Shown: piece after piece, positions 40,701 to 53,034 of the stretch
How the letters are laid out: every line of letters begins with the position of its first letter
Numbering within the stretch: position 1 is the first letter of the stretch
Source of the DNA: Antedon mediterranea
Lineage: Eukaryota; Animalia; Echinodermata
Length of the DNA stretch: 64,000 bases
Direction of reading: 5' to 3'
Assembly (NCBI RefSeq): GCF_964355755.1
Contig: NC_092676.1
Location: 2,361,788 to 2,425,787 of the forward strand
The notes under the pieces: generated by a model
Database searches by the model: none
Told to the model about the DNA's origin: nothing
The model's input: the letters and a program-made list of their open reading frames with translations, nothing else
Made by a program: the position numbers and the translations under genes

Positions 40701-43700
40701 ATGGAGTGAGTGAGCCTCGAACCCTTGCCGATGTTATGGCTACGTAATTACGGTTCCACTGTCTTAACCGCTCGGCCACTCACTCACTCATACTAGTACA
40801 CATTCTTATTATTTCAGTGATGTCAAAAAATAAGACTAGGATTTTAAATTCCACTTCATAAAAAAATACTAAACATTACTCATTATTTATGAATACATTA
40901 AAATGTTTATTGAAATTATTAAGTGGTTTAATAGTCTAAGCAGCTTCCGTTTAAGATGTAACACCTGAAGAACACATAGACATATTAGAGAAAGAGTTAG
41001 ATGGATCACTACCTTAAGAATACTGTAGATGTATTAGAGAATGGCATAGATGGATGACTAGCTACAGTAGCTAAGAGAGTGTGGAATTTATAAAATGGTG
41101 CCAACAAAATGTGTTCAATCATTATCATGTGTTCATTTAATACTAATTTAATCATTATTATTATTATTATTAATATTACTAACTGTAGTATTATATTCAT
41201 TATTTGTATAGTATAATACTAAATAATAATAATTAGATCATGGGAATAGATCTACTATAAAACCAACTTTGCAGTAAAAACAATTGGATCTCTAAATGAA
41301 CACCAAAACAGATATTTATTACTATATTAAATTCAGTAATTTTTGTTGAAAATCTTTTACCCTACTGTACTCATCCTGAAAAAAATAATTTGAAGAATAA
41401 TTGTTGAATATCTGTAGGCCATTTTAATGTACCGTAACATAATTAATTATTCACTTTTAAACTGTAAAATATATTTATCCACTTATTTGTAATTTAATGC
41501 AAAAAAATAGTGAATTGGAGGTTTTTCATTGTCAATAGGATTCTGGTCAAATAATGTAAATGAAATATCTTTATTAAAACTACAAAATAAGGGTTTACTA
41601 TATTATTTTTGATTTTACTATTTTCTAAAAGTTTTATATTAATAATAGATTCAGTAAATTTATATTAAATATTCATAATTCTCTGCAAATATGTGTACCA
41701 CATAAAATAATTAAATTTCTTTTTCTGGCAATTTTTTTTGTCATTACTTCTTGAGTGTAGTGGTACTTTAGTAGCGTCTTCGTTCGTTTATTATTGCCTT
41801 ATCATTAATTGCTGTAAAGAATGCCTCGGAGACATTTTAAAACTTGTACATGACATTAATATAATTCATTGCTATCTCTGTCTTTTCTTCACTTGCTAAG
41901 CTCCACAGTGAATTTAGTGCACACAAGTTTAAAGATTTATATTAGAAAACAAAACCATGATGCTGATATAGGACAGTTATTTTCAAAAAAGATTTTCAAC
42001 ACAATTATAGTTCAACACTATATTATTATATTATTATTATTATTATTATTATGGTTTTGTATAATCCCCTCTAGTATAGTCCCATGCTTCCGTATGATCC
42101 CACCCTCTAGTATAGTCCCATGCTTCCGTATGATCCCACTCTCTAGTAGTCCCATGCTTCCGTATGATCCCATCCTCTAGTATTGTCCCATGCTTCTGTA
42201 TAATCCCAACCTCTAGTATAGTCCCATGCTTCTGTATGATCCCACCCTCTAGTATAGTCCAATTCTTCCGTATAATCCCACCTTCAAGTATAGTCCCATG
42301 CTACCGTATAATTCCAACATCTAAGTTCTTTTCAATCTTAGTATAATTTAATTTTTAATATTTACTGTTCATTTTGCAGGTGAATGTGACTTTAAAAGGC
42401 AAACGTCTTGAACACCAAGGAATAAGAATTGAATTTGTAGGTCAAATAGGTATGTATTATTGAATGTCTGTTTGCTATTACATTTATCTATTAATTTACA
42501 GTTGGGATAGCTTATGTAAAAACACCAAATTCTAATTATTTTATTAAACTATTAATTGGCAGTTTTACAATAAAGTTTCTTTTTTTTATGTTACTTTACA
42601 AAAGACATGCTGCTGTTATGATTATAGTAATATCAATTACTGTTGGGATAGCTTATGCAAAAGCACCAAATTCTGAAATTATTATATATATTGTTATATA
42701 AACAAGAATTGGTTTGGAGGCATTCTGCATACATTTTGATTACATTCATCTTACAAAGATACAAGTTACTGTTGGGATAGCTTGTGAAATTCTGAAATTT
42801 TGTGCTGTTGCTAAAAATATTTATATTAATCAATTAATCATTATCAGAAAATAAATTAAAAATTAACAGACACAAAACTGCTGCTTTCTTAAGTATCAGA
42901 TATTTATTGTGTAGACACATTCATTAAACACATTTCTTTTAAAATTAAATATAATTGCAATTTACTCTTTAACAATATACAAATTTAGAACTGTGATCTT
43001 AGTTTTATTTTGGTCATAGATCTTCATTTGAAAGGAACGTTCCATTACAAATTGACATGATAAAAATGTCTTATGAACTTTGAACCTATGACCTCTCTTA
43101 TTTTAAAACTAGACCATTGATAAAACAGAATTTTAAAGTAAAGTATTTTAGTATTTTACCAGAAGAAAAAATATTTATAAGGACATAATAAGAATAAATT
43201 TTGCCTAATAATAGTTCACTTAGACTAATATAATTTTTACCTTACCATTTTGGTTGAATAAATTTATTTAGGCATACCATATAAAAGTTTATAATATGAT
43301 TGACTAATTTATCAAGAAACTAAATTTCTAAATATTGATTTAATATTACATAAAACATCCACATGACTGTGGGTAATGATGCTAGCGCCCTCTAGGTTTT
43401 GATGTTAGTAACACTACTGATTCTAGCGCCCTCTAAATTGGAAACTTGAATTAGCCTAGTGTAGTTTAAACAGACAGACGGTAACCAATAAATTTGTGTT
43501 TTCAAAATTAAAAGTATAAATATCATTCATATATTAAAATAATATATTAAAAGTGCTAGTAACATCTTATGTTTTTCTTGTTTTATTAAATTTTCTAGAG
43601 TTATATTATGATAGAGGAAACCATCATGAATTCACATCATTGGTGAAAGAGCTGGCACGACCCGGGGAATTGGCAAATTCAACCAGTTATCCATTCGAGT

Positions 43701-44380
43701 TCCAAAATGTTGAGAAGCCTTATGAATCGTACACAGGAGCGAATGTTAAACTCAGGTGAGGTGGTGACGTTGAGGGTGGCATTGAAGATGAGGGTGGTAG
43801 TGTTAGGGTGGCAGTGTTAGGGTGGCAGTGTTAGGGTGGCAGTGTTAGGGTGGCAGTGACGGCAAAGTTGCCACTGTGAAAGTACAAGTTTGGTTGGAAG
43901 GTGCTCCACACTGGGCCAATATTACATTTTTCTTGCTGGAAATACAGTAATGTAATTCAGGCTCATTTATCTAACCCAGTATAAGGATTACATTCTATCA
44001 TTAGGCAGAACCACGATTTTTTCTCTTGTCTAATATAATGCCACAAACTGAAGCCTCGAATGAGACTTAGTTTAGAAGCATTTCTTTCCTCCAATAAAGT
44101 TACTTTAGAATTATATTTCTACCTGATGAGATATTAATAAGTTTTCCATGATTGTACGATCTCTGTCCGTCAAATCTAACTTTTTTCGATGCGATTTTTG
44201 TAAACATTTTACCAGATATTATTTGAAAGTTACAATAACAAAGAGGTTGACGGACACAACGAAAGAGATGGATATACTAGTGCACACGTTGTCCCACTAT
44301 CCTGAGGTGAACTCATCAATTAAAATGGAAGTCGGCATAGAAGACTGCTTACATATAGAATTTGAGTACAACAAGTCAAA
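37734..44380 (+). CDS. VPS26: Retromer cargo-recognition subunit VPS26, exons 1-5 (3'-incomplete in window)
   Basis: Exons 37734-37736 (ATG only, followed by gtatgt), 38350-38490, 42380-42449, 43599-43755, 44216-44380. Protein: MSFLFGGG..LFYDGESISGKVNVTLKGKRLEHQGIRIEFVGQIELYYDRGNHHEF..KPYESYTGANVKLRY..IKMEVGIEDCLHIEFEYNKSK. The expected next exon (YHLKDVIVGKIYF) was not seen up to 64000. Confidence 0.95.
38740..38902. mobile_element. Palindromic Harbinger-like MITE (family 4) with demonstrable TAA target-site duplication
   Basis: TIR AGCTGATTTTCCACTAGG...CCTAGTGGAAAATCAGCT. It sits in the second copy of a local tandem duplication (38528-38660 vs 38666-38975), whose empty copy reads atacTAAtaccc. 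Confidence 0.85.
40490..40790 (-). mobile_element. tRNA-derived SINE with a probable Deu/Nin-type central domain
   Basis: The reverse strand begins AGTGGCCGAGCGGTTAAGAC (A box) ... GGTTCGAGGC (B box). The central TCGGATAAGGACTATAAACCGTAGGTCC...CACTTTAAAGAACC resembles conserved deuterostome SINE cores; the domain assignment is from memory. Confidence 0.65.
42058..42325. repeat. 36-bp minisatellite (about 7 copies) upstream of VPS26 exon 3
   Basis: Unit TAGTCCCATGCTTCCGTATGATCCCACCCTCTAGTA. Confidence 0.9.
43790..43860. repeat. 14-bp G-rich tandem repeat containing TTAGGG
   Basis: Unit TGTTAGGGTGGCAG at 43801, 43815, 43829 and 43843. Confidence 0.85.
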
Positions 44381-45151
44381 GTAAGTAGAGAATTTGAAGA
44401 CAGAACAGCGCAACAGTTGTTCTGTCTGATTCTTTATTCTAAATTTATTTTATTTATATTTTTGCTTTCTGTACATGTCAAGTAATGATCAAATAACAGT
44501 TTTCTCATCGCAACTTGTACAAAGTAATTTAGAAAACTACAACTTTTTTCAATAAACATACACATCTTACAACGTACATTTATTTTTGATCACATCAGTT
44601 ATTTAAATAATTAATTTTCAGAGGTTGCAGAATACGGTAGTGGCTGCTGTTTATTTTAAATCTTAAACTCTGTCTACACAATCAAACTTTATGTGAAAAT
44701 GTGATGTGCCCATAAATTGGCATACTGATGTCATATCACTACCATATTTGGGAATATCACTACCATATTTGAGCATATCACTACCATATTTGAGCATATC
44801 ACTACCATATTTGGGCACATCACACTTTTTGTGTCAAACTAGTTTGATAGTGTAGACAGAGCTTTAGTGATATATTTTAGAACATCCATAAATTAATAGA
44901 TTGACAACTTTTCTAAAGCTTTTTACATGAACATGCTATAAGTTATTGAGTGTTTAACTGTTATAAAGGTCACTATGGGGTCATTTGTATAAAAATGGCT
45001 CGAAATTTCAAGAGGCTAAAACAAATTTGAAGAGGAGTTCATTAATTTTCATTATTTTATTTATTTACAAATTTAAATACATCAGTTATAAGTTGGTTTT
45101 CACTTTTTAAATAGTGCACAGGCATAAATTAATTTATTATTATTAATATTA

Positions 45152-47017
45152 TTATACAATTATAGGACCTTCATTTTCACATTCTTTGTAATCAATTTTA
45201 TGCACTTCAGAATAACCATGTCTATCTGTATTATGATGTTCTGTATTATTTGGTCCTTCATATATTTCGTTCTCCGTCTCTATATATGTGTCCAAGTCAT
45301 TAGTTAAATCTTGGATTTCTTTGCTGCCCTCTTGCTTATTTGTATAATGCTCATGAATATTCATGTTAGGGTGTTCATGAATATTCATATCAGGTCCTTC
45401 ATATATTTCATTTTCTGCCTCTATATATTTATCCAAGTCGTTATTTAAATCTTGGATTTCCTTGCTGTCTTCTTGTTTATTTGCATGACGAAACTTCTCA
45501 TGAATATTCATGTTAGGGTGTTCATGAATATTTATATCAGGTCCTTCATATATTTCATTCTCTGCCTCTATATATTTATCCAAGTCGTTAGTTAAATCTT
45601 GGATTTCCTTGCAGTCCTTTTGTTTAATTGCATGACGAAACTTCTCATGAATATTCATGTTAGGGTGTTCATGAATATTCATATCAGGTCCTTCATATAT
45701 TTCATTTTCATTCTCAATGTATTGATCATCATCGTTGACAACAGGAACAGTCCTATTGCCCAGTTCAGCTACGTCAGCATAGATTTGATTTTCTGTGTCC
45801 TGGAAATGAATATTTTCTGGAACATACTCGTAGATATGGCTTTGCAGATCCTGGATGTTGTCACATGGTGCTAGTTGAGTAGTGTCCTTACTTTTTGTCA
45901 TGTGATGTTTCCTCTGAAAAGCTATCACTATGGTGATAGCGACCACAACCCCTAAAAAAACTGCTCCGGAAACATAAAATATAAGGCTGTCATTTCCATC
46001 CACTTCGTTCTGATTGTTTACAATTGGAATGTTTAAAGTTTCGTTTCTTATTGAATTATTGCTTGTTATTTCCATGATTGAAAAATCTGTTGTTATTTCC
46101 GTGTTAAATTTTAGTATTTCAGTTATCTTTGAAACTACTGTGTTTAGTAAACTTTCCGTACTTAAAGTTGTAGACTCTATAGTCCAGCCTGTTACAAAAC
46201 TATTAGTCTCCTCTTGAGACGTTATAAAGGTTACATCATTGTTTAGTTCCGTTGTTGTATGTCCCATTGACGGTGTTTGTGTGACTATTACCGTCTTGTC
46301 ATAGTGTACAGTGATTGGACCTACAGAGCAATATCTAATTTCATTTGTTCCGTTTCGCCTCGATTCGCATACAAATGTTATATTATCATGTTCTTTAGTC
46401 ACATTTAAGATGTGAGTTATCATCATTTCATTAAACATGGTGTCTAACACTTGTCCGTTTGAAGTTTTCAATGTAGTTATTATATTTGAGCCATAATCGG
46501 GATAACATCCTACTGTTATTGCTGTACCAACATCAATTTCATTTTTACTAATACTTACACAAACTGGTTCATTAAATGTCCAATTCTGTATAGTAACATT
46601 TGTTGCTGTTCTTAAAATTATTTTATCTTCTTCCAAATCAAATACAGCACAATAATACTTAGTGCTTATAATTTGGGATTGCCCAAATTCTAATGATTTA
46701 ATCCCTGGAATTTCAATAAGTAGGGTAAAGTTCATTTCCTCGCCGATAATTGAAACATCTTCTGTAAAGTTTTGAATACGTCTCTGGTGTACATTTCTAT
46801 TTTCTGTAAGCGGTCTTATTTGTTTTGAGTTGGAAAGATGAAACCATTTAACGACATGTTCTTCCTCTTCCAAGCCCTCTAGTACACACGGTAGTGCAAG
46901 GACTTGCCCTGGGAAAGCAGTCAGACTCCTAGGTGGCTTTTTAACAAATTCAACATCAGCAAAGGTAGATGAAAGTAACAATAACACAATATTTACACAG
47001 ATAAATTTAATTGACAT
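45152..47017 (-). CDS. IgSF type-I membrane receptor A (signal peptide, 2 Ig-like domains, Ser/Thr-rich stalk, TM, tyrosine-repeat tail), 621 aa
   Basis: Uninterrupted ORF. Signal peptide MSIKFICVNIVLLLLSSTFA; Ig1 LPC..VKW..FTLLI..YYC; Ig2 PVC..VGC..ITFVCES..YCSVGPITV; Thr-rich stalk; TM LIFYVSGAVFLGVVVAITIVIAF followed by QRK; tail with four NEIYEGP motifs. A possible 5'UTR intron has an acceptor at 47052 and a donor near 47667. Confidence 0.88.
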   Translation of the reverse strand: MSIKFICVNIVLLLLSSTFADVEFVKKPPRSLTAFPGQVLALPCVLEGLEEEEHVVKWFHLSNSKQIRPLTENRNVHQRRIQNFTEDVSIIGEEMNFTLLIEIPGIKSLEFGQSQIISTKYYCAVFDLEEDKIILRTATNVTIQNWTFNEPVCVSISKNEIDVGTAITVGCYPDYGSNIITTLKTSNGQVLDTMFNEMMITHILNVTKEHDNITFVCESRRNGTNEIRYCSVGPITVHYDKTVIVTQTPSMGHTTTELNNDVTFITSQEETNSFVTGWTIESTTLSTESLLNTVVSKITEILKFNTEITTDFSIMEITSNNSIRNETLNIPIVNNQNEVDGNDSLIFYVSGAVFLGVVVAITIVIAFQRKHHMTKSKDTTQLAPCDNIQDLQSHIYEYVPENIHFQDTENQIYADVAELGNRTVPVVNDDDQYIENENEIYEGPDMNIHEHPNMNIHEKFRHAIKQKDCKEIQDLTNDLDKYIEAENEIYEGPDINIHEHPNMNIHEKFRHANKQEDSKEIQDLNNDLDKYIEAENEIYEGPDMNIHEHPNMNIHEHYTNKQEGSKEIQDLTNDLDTYIETENEIYEGPNNTEHHNTDRHGYSEVHKIDYKECENEGPIIV

Positions 47018-49215
47018 CTTTTCGATTTTTTCTTCAATGATGTTTACGTGTCTGAAAAAGAGAAATTATCTATCGGTATCATTCATTTAAAATATATTCA
47101 TTTTTTTTGGTAAATGGTTATAACATGAACTACAAGACTATCGGCCTAGACTATCTGCTACTGGATGTACACTATTAAAGTATATGTTGTTTTCAACAAC
47201 CCTAAAGCTCTGTTTACACTATCAAACTAGTTTGACAAAAAAGTGGGATGTGCCCAAATAAGGTAGTGATATGACATCATAATGTTCATATATGAGCACA
47301 TCACATTTTTTTGTCACATAAAGTTTGATATTGTAGACAGACCTTTATACAGTATGAGCCAACTCCAATACAACTCTGATACAAATTACCTAATCAGATA
47401 CCATAGTCAATGATATTATAGTAGATAGAAACTAACCTAACTTTTCATTTGGTCAAATTTCTGACCTAATCTATGGTCAAATATGTTAATTTATCATTAG
47501 GCATTTGAATTTGTCTGAAAATTTGTGTGATTCATTTCTTTTTAAAGAGTAATTTTAAATGGTAGCATAAATTGGGAAGAAAAAAAACACCCTCCCTGCA
47601 CTGAAATTTATTCAGAGGTTGATCTAATTAGACTTTATACCAATTTATAAATAAGTAGTTGGCCTACCTTCACTTATTCTGTTACACTGTTTACTTACAG
47701 TACGCTCCAACATGCCAACATGGGTGTTGAATTCAGAATTATTGCGTTTTAATTGTTTTCAGCGTTAGATTATTTGTGTATTACTTTCATCACTTCCTTA
47801 TCCATCGGGATATGCTACCAACTCAATATCCTCAATAAGGTGAGATCACACTAAGACCAACGTCAAACGATTTAAGAAATCGGTCAGGCGTTGCATGTCA
47901 AGAAGTTATACTTGAAGTATTCACAAAATAATATATACAAATGTTGTTTTCGTTTGATTGGTTAGTATTTTTTTAAGTTTAGCTGTTTTTGTTCACTAAG
48001 TTGTTTATTGAAAAGTAACTTTCTTTTTGTTGTTTTTTCAAAACGAAACATTACAAATGGTTTTGTTTTTGCTGAAAATAACAAACAAAATGTTTCTATC
48101 AAACTGTTTTTATTTTGAATATAAAAAGAAAGATTATAAGCTTAAATGAAGAATGAAAATATTCTGTAAAGTTGTGTGGTTGTTATAGTGCTTGATCTTT
48201 TCATAATCCAAAGTCTGTTTATTTAACAATATATTTTTTATTGTGAATATGCATTTTATACAATTATATACAAAGTCCATGATTAGCTAAGCTTTACCTT
48301 AAAGTAATGACATTGGTTACAACTTTAAGAGAAATACTTTATCATTGCCCAAAACAAAACACATTTTCAATCATTCATTTTCATCAGTAGATATATCCAT
48401 TTATTTTTATTATTTGCATAAATGTTCAATATACATAGACAATTGTGTTGCTCTGCAACAAATAAAGTGCTATGTACAATTATCTTAACAAAACGCTACA
48501 CAATTCTTATACATTAAGTTCCCTGAATTCATTATTGTTGTTAATATACATTTGCAGTACAACTATCCATGAGCCTTAAAGCTCTGTCTACACTATCAAA
48601 CTTTATGTGACAAAAAAAATGTTATGTGCCCATATATGGACATGATAATTTCATATCACTACCATATTTGGGCACATTAAACTTTTTTTGTCAAACTAGT
48701 TTGATAGTGTAGACAGAACTTTATATAGTTATATATATTTTTTCAGTATATTAAAATGCATACCACAAAGAAGGATATGGGTAATCCATGCTTCAGGAAA
48801 CTATAGAAAACTAGTATGTGACAATAGGGATTTGTTAAGATTCACTATCTATATTAAGACCATTTCAATATCATCCTATACAAAAGCATAATTTGCCTTT
48901 GTACTCTTTGTTTCTATGTAACATTCAAAGCCAAGCAACTGAAGATTGAGGTTCTCCTCATAAAACAGCCTTTAGTGCGTTATCATCTTCAAGTGAGAAC
49001 TAGAGTATTTAACTACTTATTTTTATTTTGCTCAGCATTGTATTAAACACTTTTGCCTACATGAGTTCAAGCTTATAACCTACTACTGTATATACAAAAG
49101 TATTCTCACAGGTTTACTCATCTTTATCGTTTCAATTCAAATTAAATAATTGTATATATGTATGTGTATAATAGTATATCATTGGGTGGTTTAGAATTTA
49201 TGTTCTGTGCCTGAT

Positions 49216-49252
49216 GCACTGATGAAGGGCTAGTGTTGCCCGAAAGCTCTGC
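49216..49252 (+). ncRNA. Minimal type-I hammerhead ribozyme motif (Penelope-like element type)
   Basis: GCA-CTGATGA-A-GGGC-tagtgtt-GCCC-GAA-AGCT-C-TGC: conserved core CUGAUGA/GAAA, 4-bp stem II, palindromic stem III (AGCT), cleavage after UC, and 3-bp stem I (GCA/UGC). Confidence 0.65.
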
Positions 49253-49359
49253 TAACTTTTCTGGCTGTTTTACTTCTCGTTTTTATTTAGCTTTTCGCTT
49301 TTATTTTGCATCTCCATTGAGATCCAGCCACTGATACCCACAGCATTGTCATTTTTTCA
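49217..49359 (+). mobile_element. 143-bp retro-insert (Penelope-like end or retrozyme-like) bounded by a 15-bp target-site duplication
   Basis: Direct repeat GTTCTGTGCCTGATG at 49202-49216 and 49360-49374; the insert begins at the hammerhead motif. Confidence 0.7.
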
Positions 49360-49746
49360 GTTCTGTGCCTGATGTGTTTATATATTCATAAACATATAAA
49401 CGATATACAAATATTTAATAGAAAGTTAAGTATATTAAATATAGGACCATAACTGGTCAGATAGGCATAGAGAACATTGGAGTGTGGTCCTGTATCTATG
49501 CAGGTAAATATATTTTACATTAGGTTGTTGTACCTGTTGCAGTTGTGCACTGAACTATACCAAAACTAGAATTAAATATATTATGGAAGTCCTAGCAGTT
49601 TATAGTAAGAATGCTTACATATTGTTTTAAACTGATTTCTAGTTTACATCTTGGTTAAGTTCATTCTTGCATATTTTCTCAATGTTGTTATTTTAATATT
49701 ACTTTACCGGTTGGTTTAAAGTTTCTTTCCTTTAATCAGGTATGAC

Positions 49747-51330
49747 TTACTTATCAGGACCTTGATATATTTCATTTTCACATTCTTTATAATCGCGTTT
49801 GTTCACATGTCTCTTATCTTGTGCCCATTTTGAGTTGGCTCCTCCAGTGGCACCCTCATATATTTCATTTTCACACTCCTTAAAATCTGGTTTGTTCACT
49901 TTCGAGTAAAAATGTCCTTCATCTTGTACCCCTTCCCCTTTAGAATCAGCCCCTCCCTCATATATCTCATTTTCATATTCTTTAAAATCTGGTTTGTTTA
50001 CCTTGGTGTATACATGTACCTTGTTCTTCATCTCTTCTTCATTTGAGTTAGTAGTTGGCTCTGAATAGATATCACTGTCTACACATTGGTATTCACTATC
50101 ATCAAACTTACTTTGTTTGTTTTTCACGTTCTTTCTCACTTCACTCTCGTTTTCATAGACTTGATCGCCAACGTCCTGAAAATCCTCTTGAAACTCATAT
50201 TCTGTCACATGATAAGCAACATTTCTTGTATCTTCACTTTTAGAGTTAATCTTCAACATAGATGCCTTGTTACGTTTTCGTTTTAAGCAAAATATGAACG
50301 TTATTATTGCAAGTACACTACATGTTGACAGTGCAATCACAATAATTATTATTGAAGTATAAACTGCGCTATTACTTGATATTATCAATGATTTTGTTTC
50401 TTTTCCAATATTGTTTTCAGCTTCACATGTTATTTTTATATCTGTGTCATCTTTTGTTAGTTTTAGAATATTGTTAGAAATTGTGTAAAGTTCAGTAATA
50501 TTAGGCTCCACAATCCAGACTGTTTCATTAACAGGTGGTCTAGCCTCTGCTGTACAGTTATATTCCAGTGGTGATATTTTTGTGATGGTAATCTCTGGTT
50601 TGTAGTTGACAGTGATTGGACCTTTTGAGCAATTTCTCATTTCATTTGTCCCAATTTTTTGAGATTCACAAATATAAATTGCATTGTTATCTTCTTTTGT
50701 TACATTTTTTTTATGGTAAAGAGTTGAGGATATTGAGTATGATGGCAAGATTTTTCCTGTTCCAGATTTTAAATTTGTCAATATGTCTGGACTAAAATCA
50801 GCAAAACACCCAAAACCTAAAGTTTGTCCAGATGTATAAATTGTCACATTGAATAAACAAATTGGTTTAATAAATGTAAATTTCTGAATTATCACATTTG
50901 AAATGTTTGAGCTAATTATTGGATTATTATTATTATTAATATTAGCTGATTTTCTAAATACAAAACACTGAAATTCTTCTGTAATAGTGTCATCATCTTT
51001 AAAATCAATCTTGTTTCTTTCTGGTATAATAATATGTAGAGTAAAGTTATTGTCCTCACCAAGGAGAGAGAATTGCAAGTTGTCAATAGTTGTTTCATAT
51101 AGGTCTCTGTTGTTGGATATAATTGTTGGGTTAATTCCTTGTATTTTAGCCCAAATGACTCTGTGTATAGTGGTGTGGTAGTTGTTCAATACACATGGCA
51201 GAGTAACATTTTGTCCTGGAAATGTCCTGACTTCTGTTGGTGGCGTAACTTCAAACTCAACAACAAATGCGAATGAAGACTTTATAAACAACAAAATAGG
51301 TATCCACACAATGCAAGTGTTTTTGTACAT
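49747..51330 (-). CDS. IgSF type-I membrane receptor B (3 Ig-like domains, TM, tyrosine-motif tail), about 527 aa
   Basis: The ORF track gives 49747..51456; the likely start is the ATG at 51330, which opens the signal peptide MYKNTCIVWIPILLFIKSSFA. Three Cys-bounded Ig-like domains, TM IIIIVIALSTCSVLAIITFIFC-LKRKR, and a tail with VYEN, IYSEP, HVYTKV, HFYSKV and three ENEIY[EQ]G. Confidence 0.88.
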   Translation of the reverse strand: MYKNTCIVWIPILLFIKSSFAFVVEFEVTPPTEVRTFPGQNVTLPCVLNNYHTTIHRVIWAKIQGINPTIISNNRDLYETTIDNLQFSLLGEDNNFTLHIIIPERNKIDFKDDDTITEEFQCFVFRKSANINNNNNPIISSNISNVIIQKFTFIKPICLFNVTIYTSGQTLGFGCFADFSPDILTNLKSGTGKILPSYSISSTLYHKKNVTKEDNNAIYICESQKIGTNEMRNCSKGPITVNYKPEITITKISPLEYNCTAEARPPVNETVWIVEPNITELYTISNNILKLTKDDTDIKITCEAENNIGKETKSLIISSNSAVYTSIIIIVIALSTCSVLAIITFIFCLKRKRNKASMLKINSKSEDTRNVAYHVTEYEFQEDFQDVGDQVYENESEVRKNVKNKQSKFDDSEYQCVDSDIYSEPTTNSNEEEMKNKVHVYTKVNKPDFKEYENEIYEGGADSKGEGVQDEGHFYSKVNKPDFKECENEIYEGATGGANSKWAQDKRHVNKRDYKECENEIYQGPDK

Positions 51331-53034
51331 CTTGATAGATTTAAAAAACAACAAATTCCTGTTCATTAATGTTTGAAAAGATTTCTTGCAGATAATGAAG
51401 TAATAATAATAATGAAGTAATTGATTGTTCTCACAGTATGTTCTTGTACTATCCAACTATGCACATCCCCAGTTGCATTGCAGTTATATAGTTCATGATT
51501 GCAATAACTTTATATTCTTGTCCAATTGAGCATTTTACCAGTTACTTTCCAGTTATAAGTTTTTAATACAACAGCTCTAAAAGAACCAATTCTGTACCTC
51601 TCTCATGCTCTAGCAGTAATGTATCCAGCAGCAGCATTGATCTTTACAGAAGTTATTTATTTTACCACTTACCACATAAAATGTCTTCTTACTTGATGTA
51701 TGTTTTTCCAGTCATTTGATTCATGATAACTACTTTCAAGTTTACAGGAAAGTAGTTCCTATTGTTGTGTACAACTATTATACAATCTGTTTTATATTGT
51801 GTATTGGTATCTTTCCTTTATAGTCATAATTTTGACCTTTTAATCCACCACCTATACAATCACTGACTTCCTGTTTCACTCTGATAATTCCGCTCTGCAG
51901 TGCTTTGTACCACGTACACATATAGAAAAGAATTTTAATATAGTGAATTCTGAAAAACTAGAATTGTTGAAGGTCACTAATTTTTCAAAAGCATTCTGAT
52001 AAAAACCAGTGGCCGTATTCACCAATCACACTTAAGTGAGATATTTCCCTTAATTCCTAAGAATTTCCCTTAAATCAAGAAAATATTAAGGGTTTCACTT
52101 AAGTGGTATTCACAAAGGGTTTAAGGTTAAGGGAATCCCTTAACTTGGTCTATTTTAGTTGTGCTGACGATTGTGTATGTGCGAGTACTATGCCTTGGCC
52201 CCAGTCTAGGCTAGGTAGAGATGCTAAGCCCCCTGTTGGTGTGCCCAGTAACCAGCCTAGGATTCATGTTTGGTTTGAGTAGCATCTAGACTAAGCCTAG
52301 ACCTTTTTTGCTGATCCTCACCATACAAATTAGTCTAGGCCTATGTATTCATTTATTTGTTTTTGTTTTGACTGCCATTATTTTCGTGGAATAGAAATTA
52401 GCCCCAGTCTAGTAGGCTAGGTAGAGATGCTAGGCCCCTTGTAACCAGCCTAGGATGCATATGTCTCAATACAGACAAGTTTTGGCCTACACAGAATGTT
52501 GGTTATACACAAGATGCTCTACATAAACAAAGTCTTTTTACAAGTCTTTTGGAGTGGAGTTGTAATTTGTCATTTGACATATGACAGGACTTGAACCCAG
52601 GACCCTTGAATTGGTAGCCAAGCATCAAACCACCAAGCCACAACTCCATAACAATCATACCACAACAATATTAAGGAAGTGACACAATAAACAATATACA
52701 CATTTGTTTATCTACAGTACTGTACAGTATTTTATTGAAGAACAAGAAAACTTTTTTTACATTTTGCTACATAAATTAATAATAATATTTTAAAAAAATT
52801 AAAAACAATATAACCATTTAAACATTCATAAGCATGTATGTTATGTCTGTGTTTCTATTTATAGCCTATTACATAATTAGTTATTTTTATATCATGCTAA
52901 ATCATGACCTTGTAGAAGAACACACCACTTCCTGATGTCAGCTATTCTGTGTCTAAGTATTATATTATTAATGTTGACTTAATATTTATATATTTGAACA
53001 GCAAAAGCATCATTTTTACAATATTATATTATTT

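Noticed and set aside
43801-43860. Interstitial telomere
   Set aside because: TTAGGG occurs only as part of a 14-bp unit, not as contiguous hexamer repeats.
51331-51456. N-terminal 42-aa extension of gene B given in the ORF track
   Set aside because: It starts at a non-ATG codon, and the signal peptide begins at Met 51330. The paralogous region in E is not open over this length. The in-frame Met 12 codons upstream cannot be excluded.
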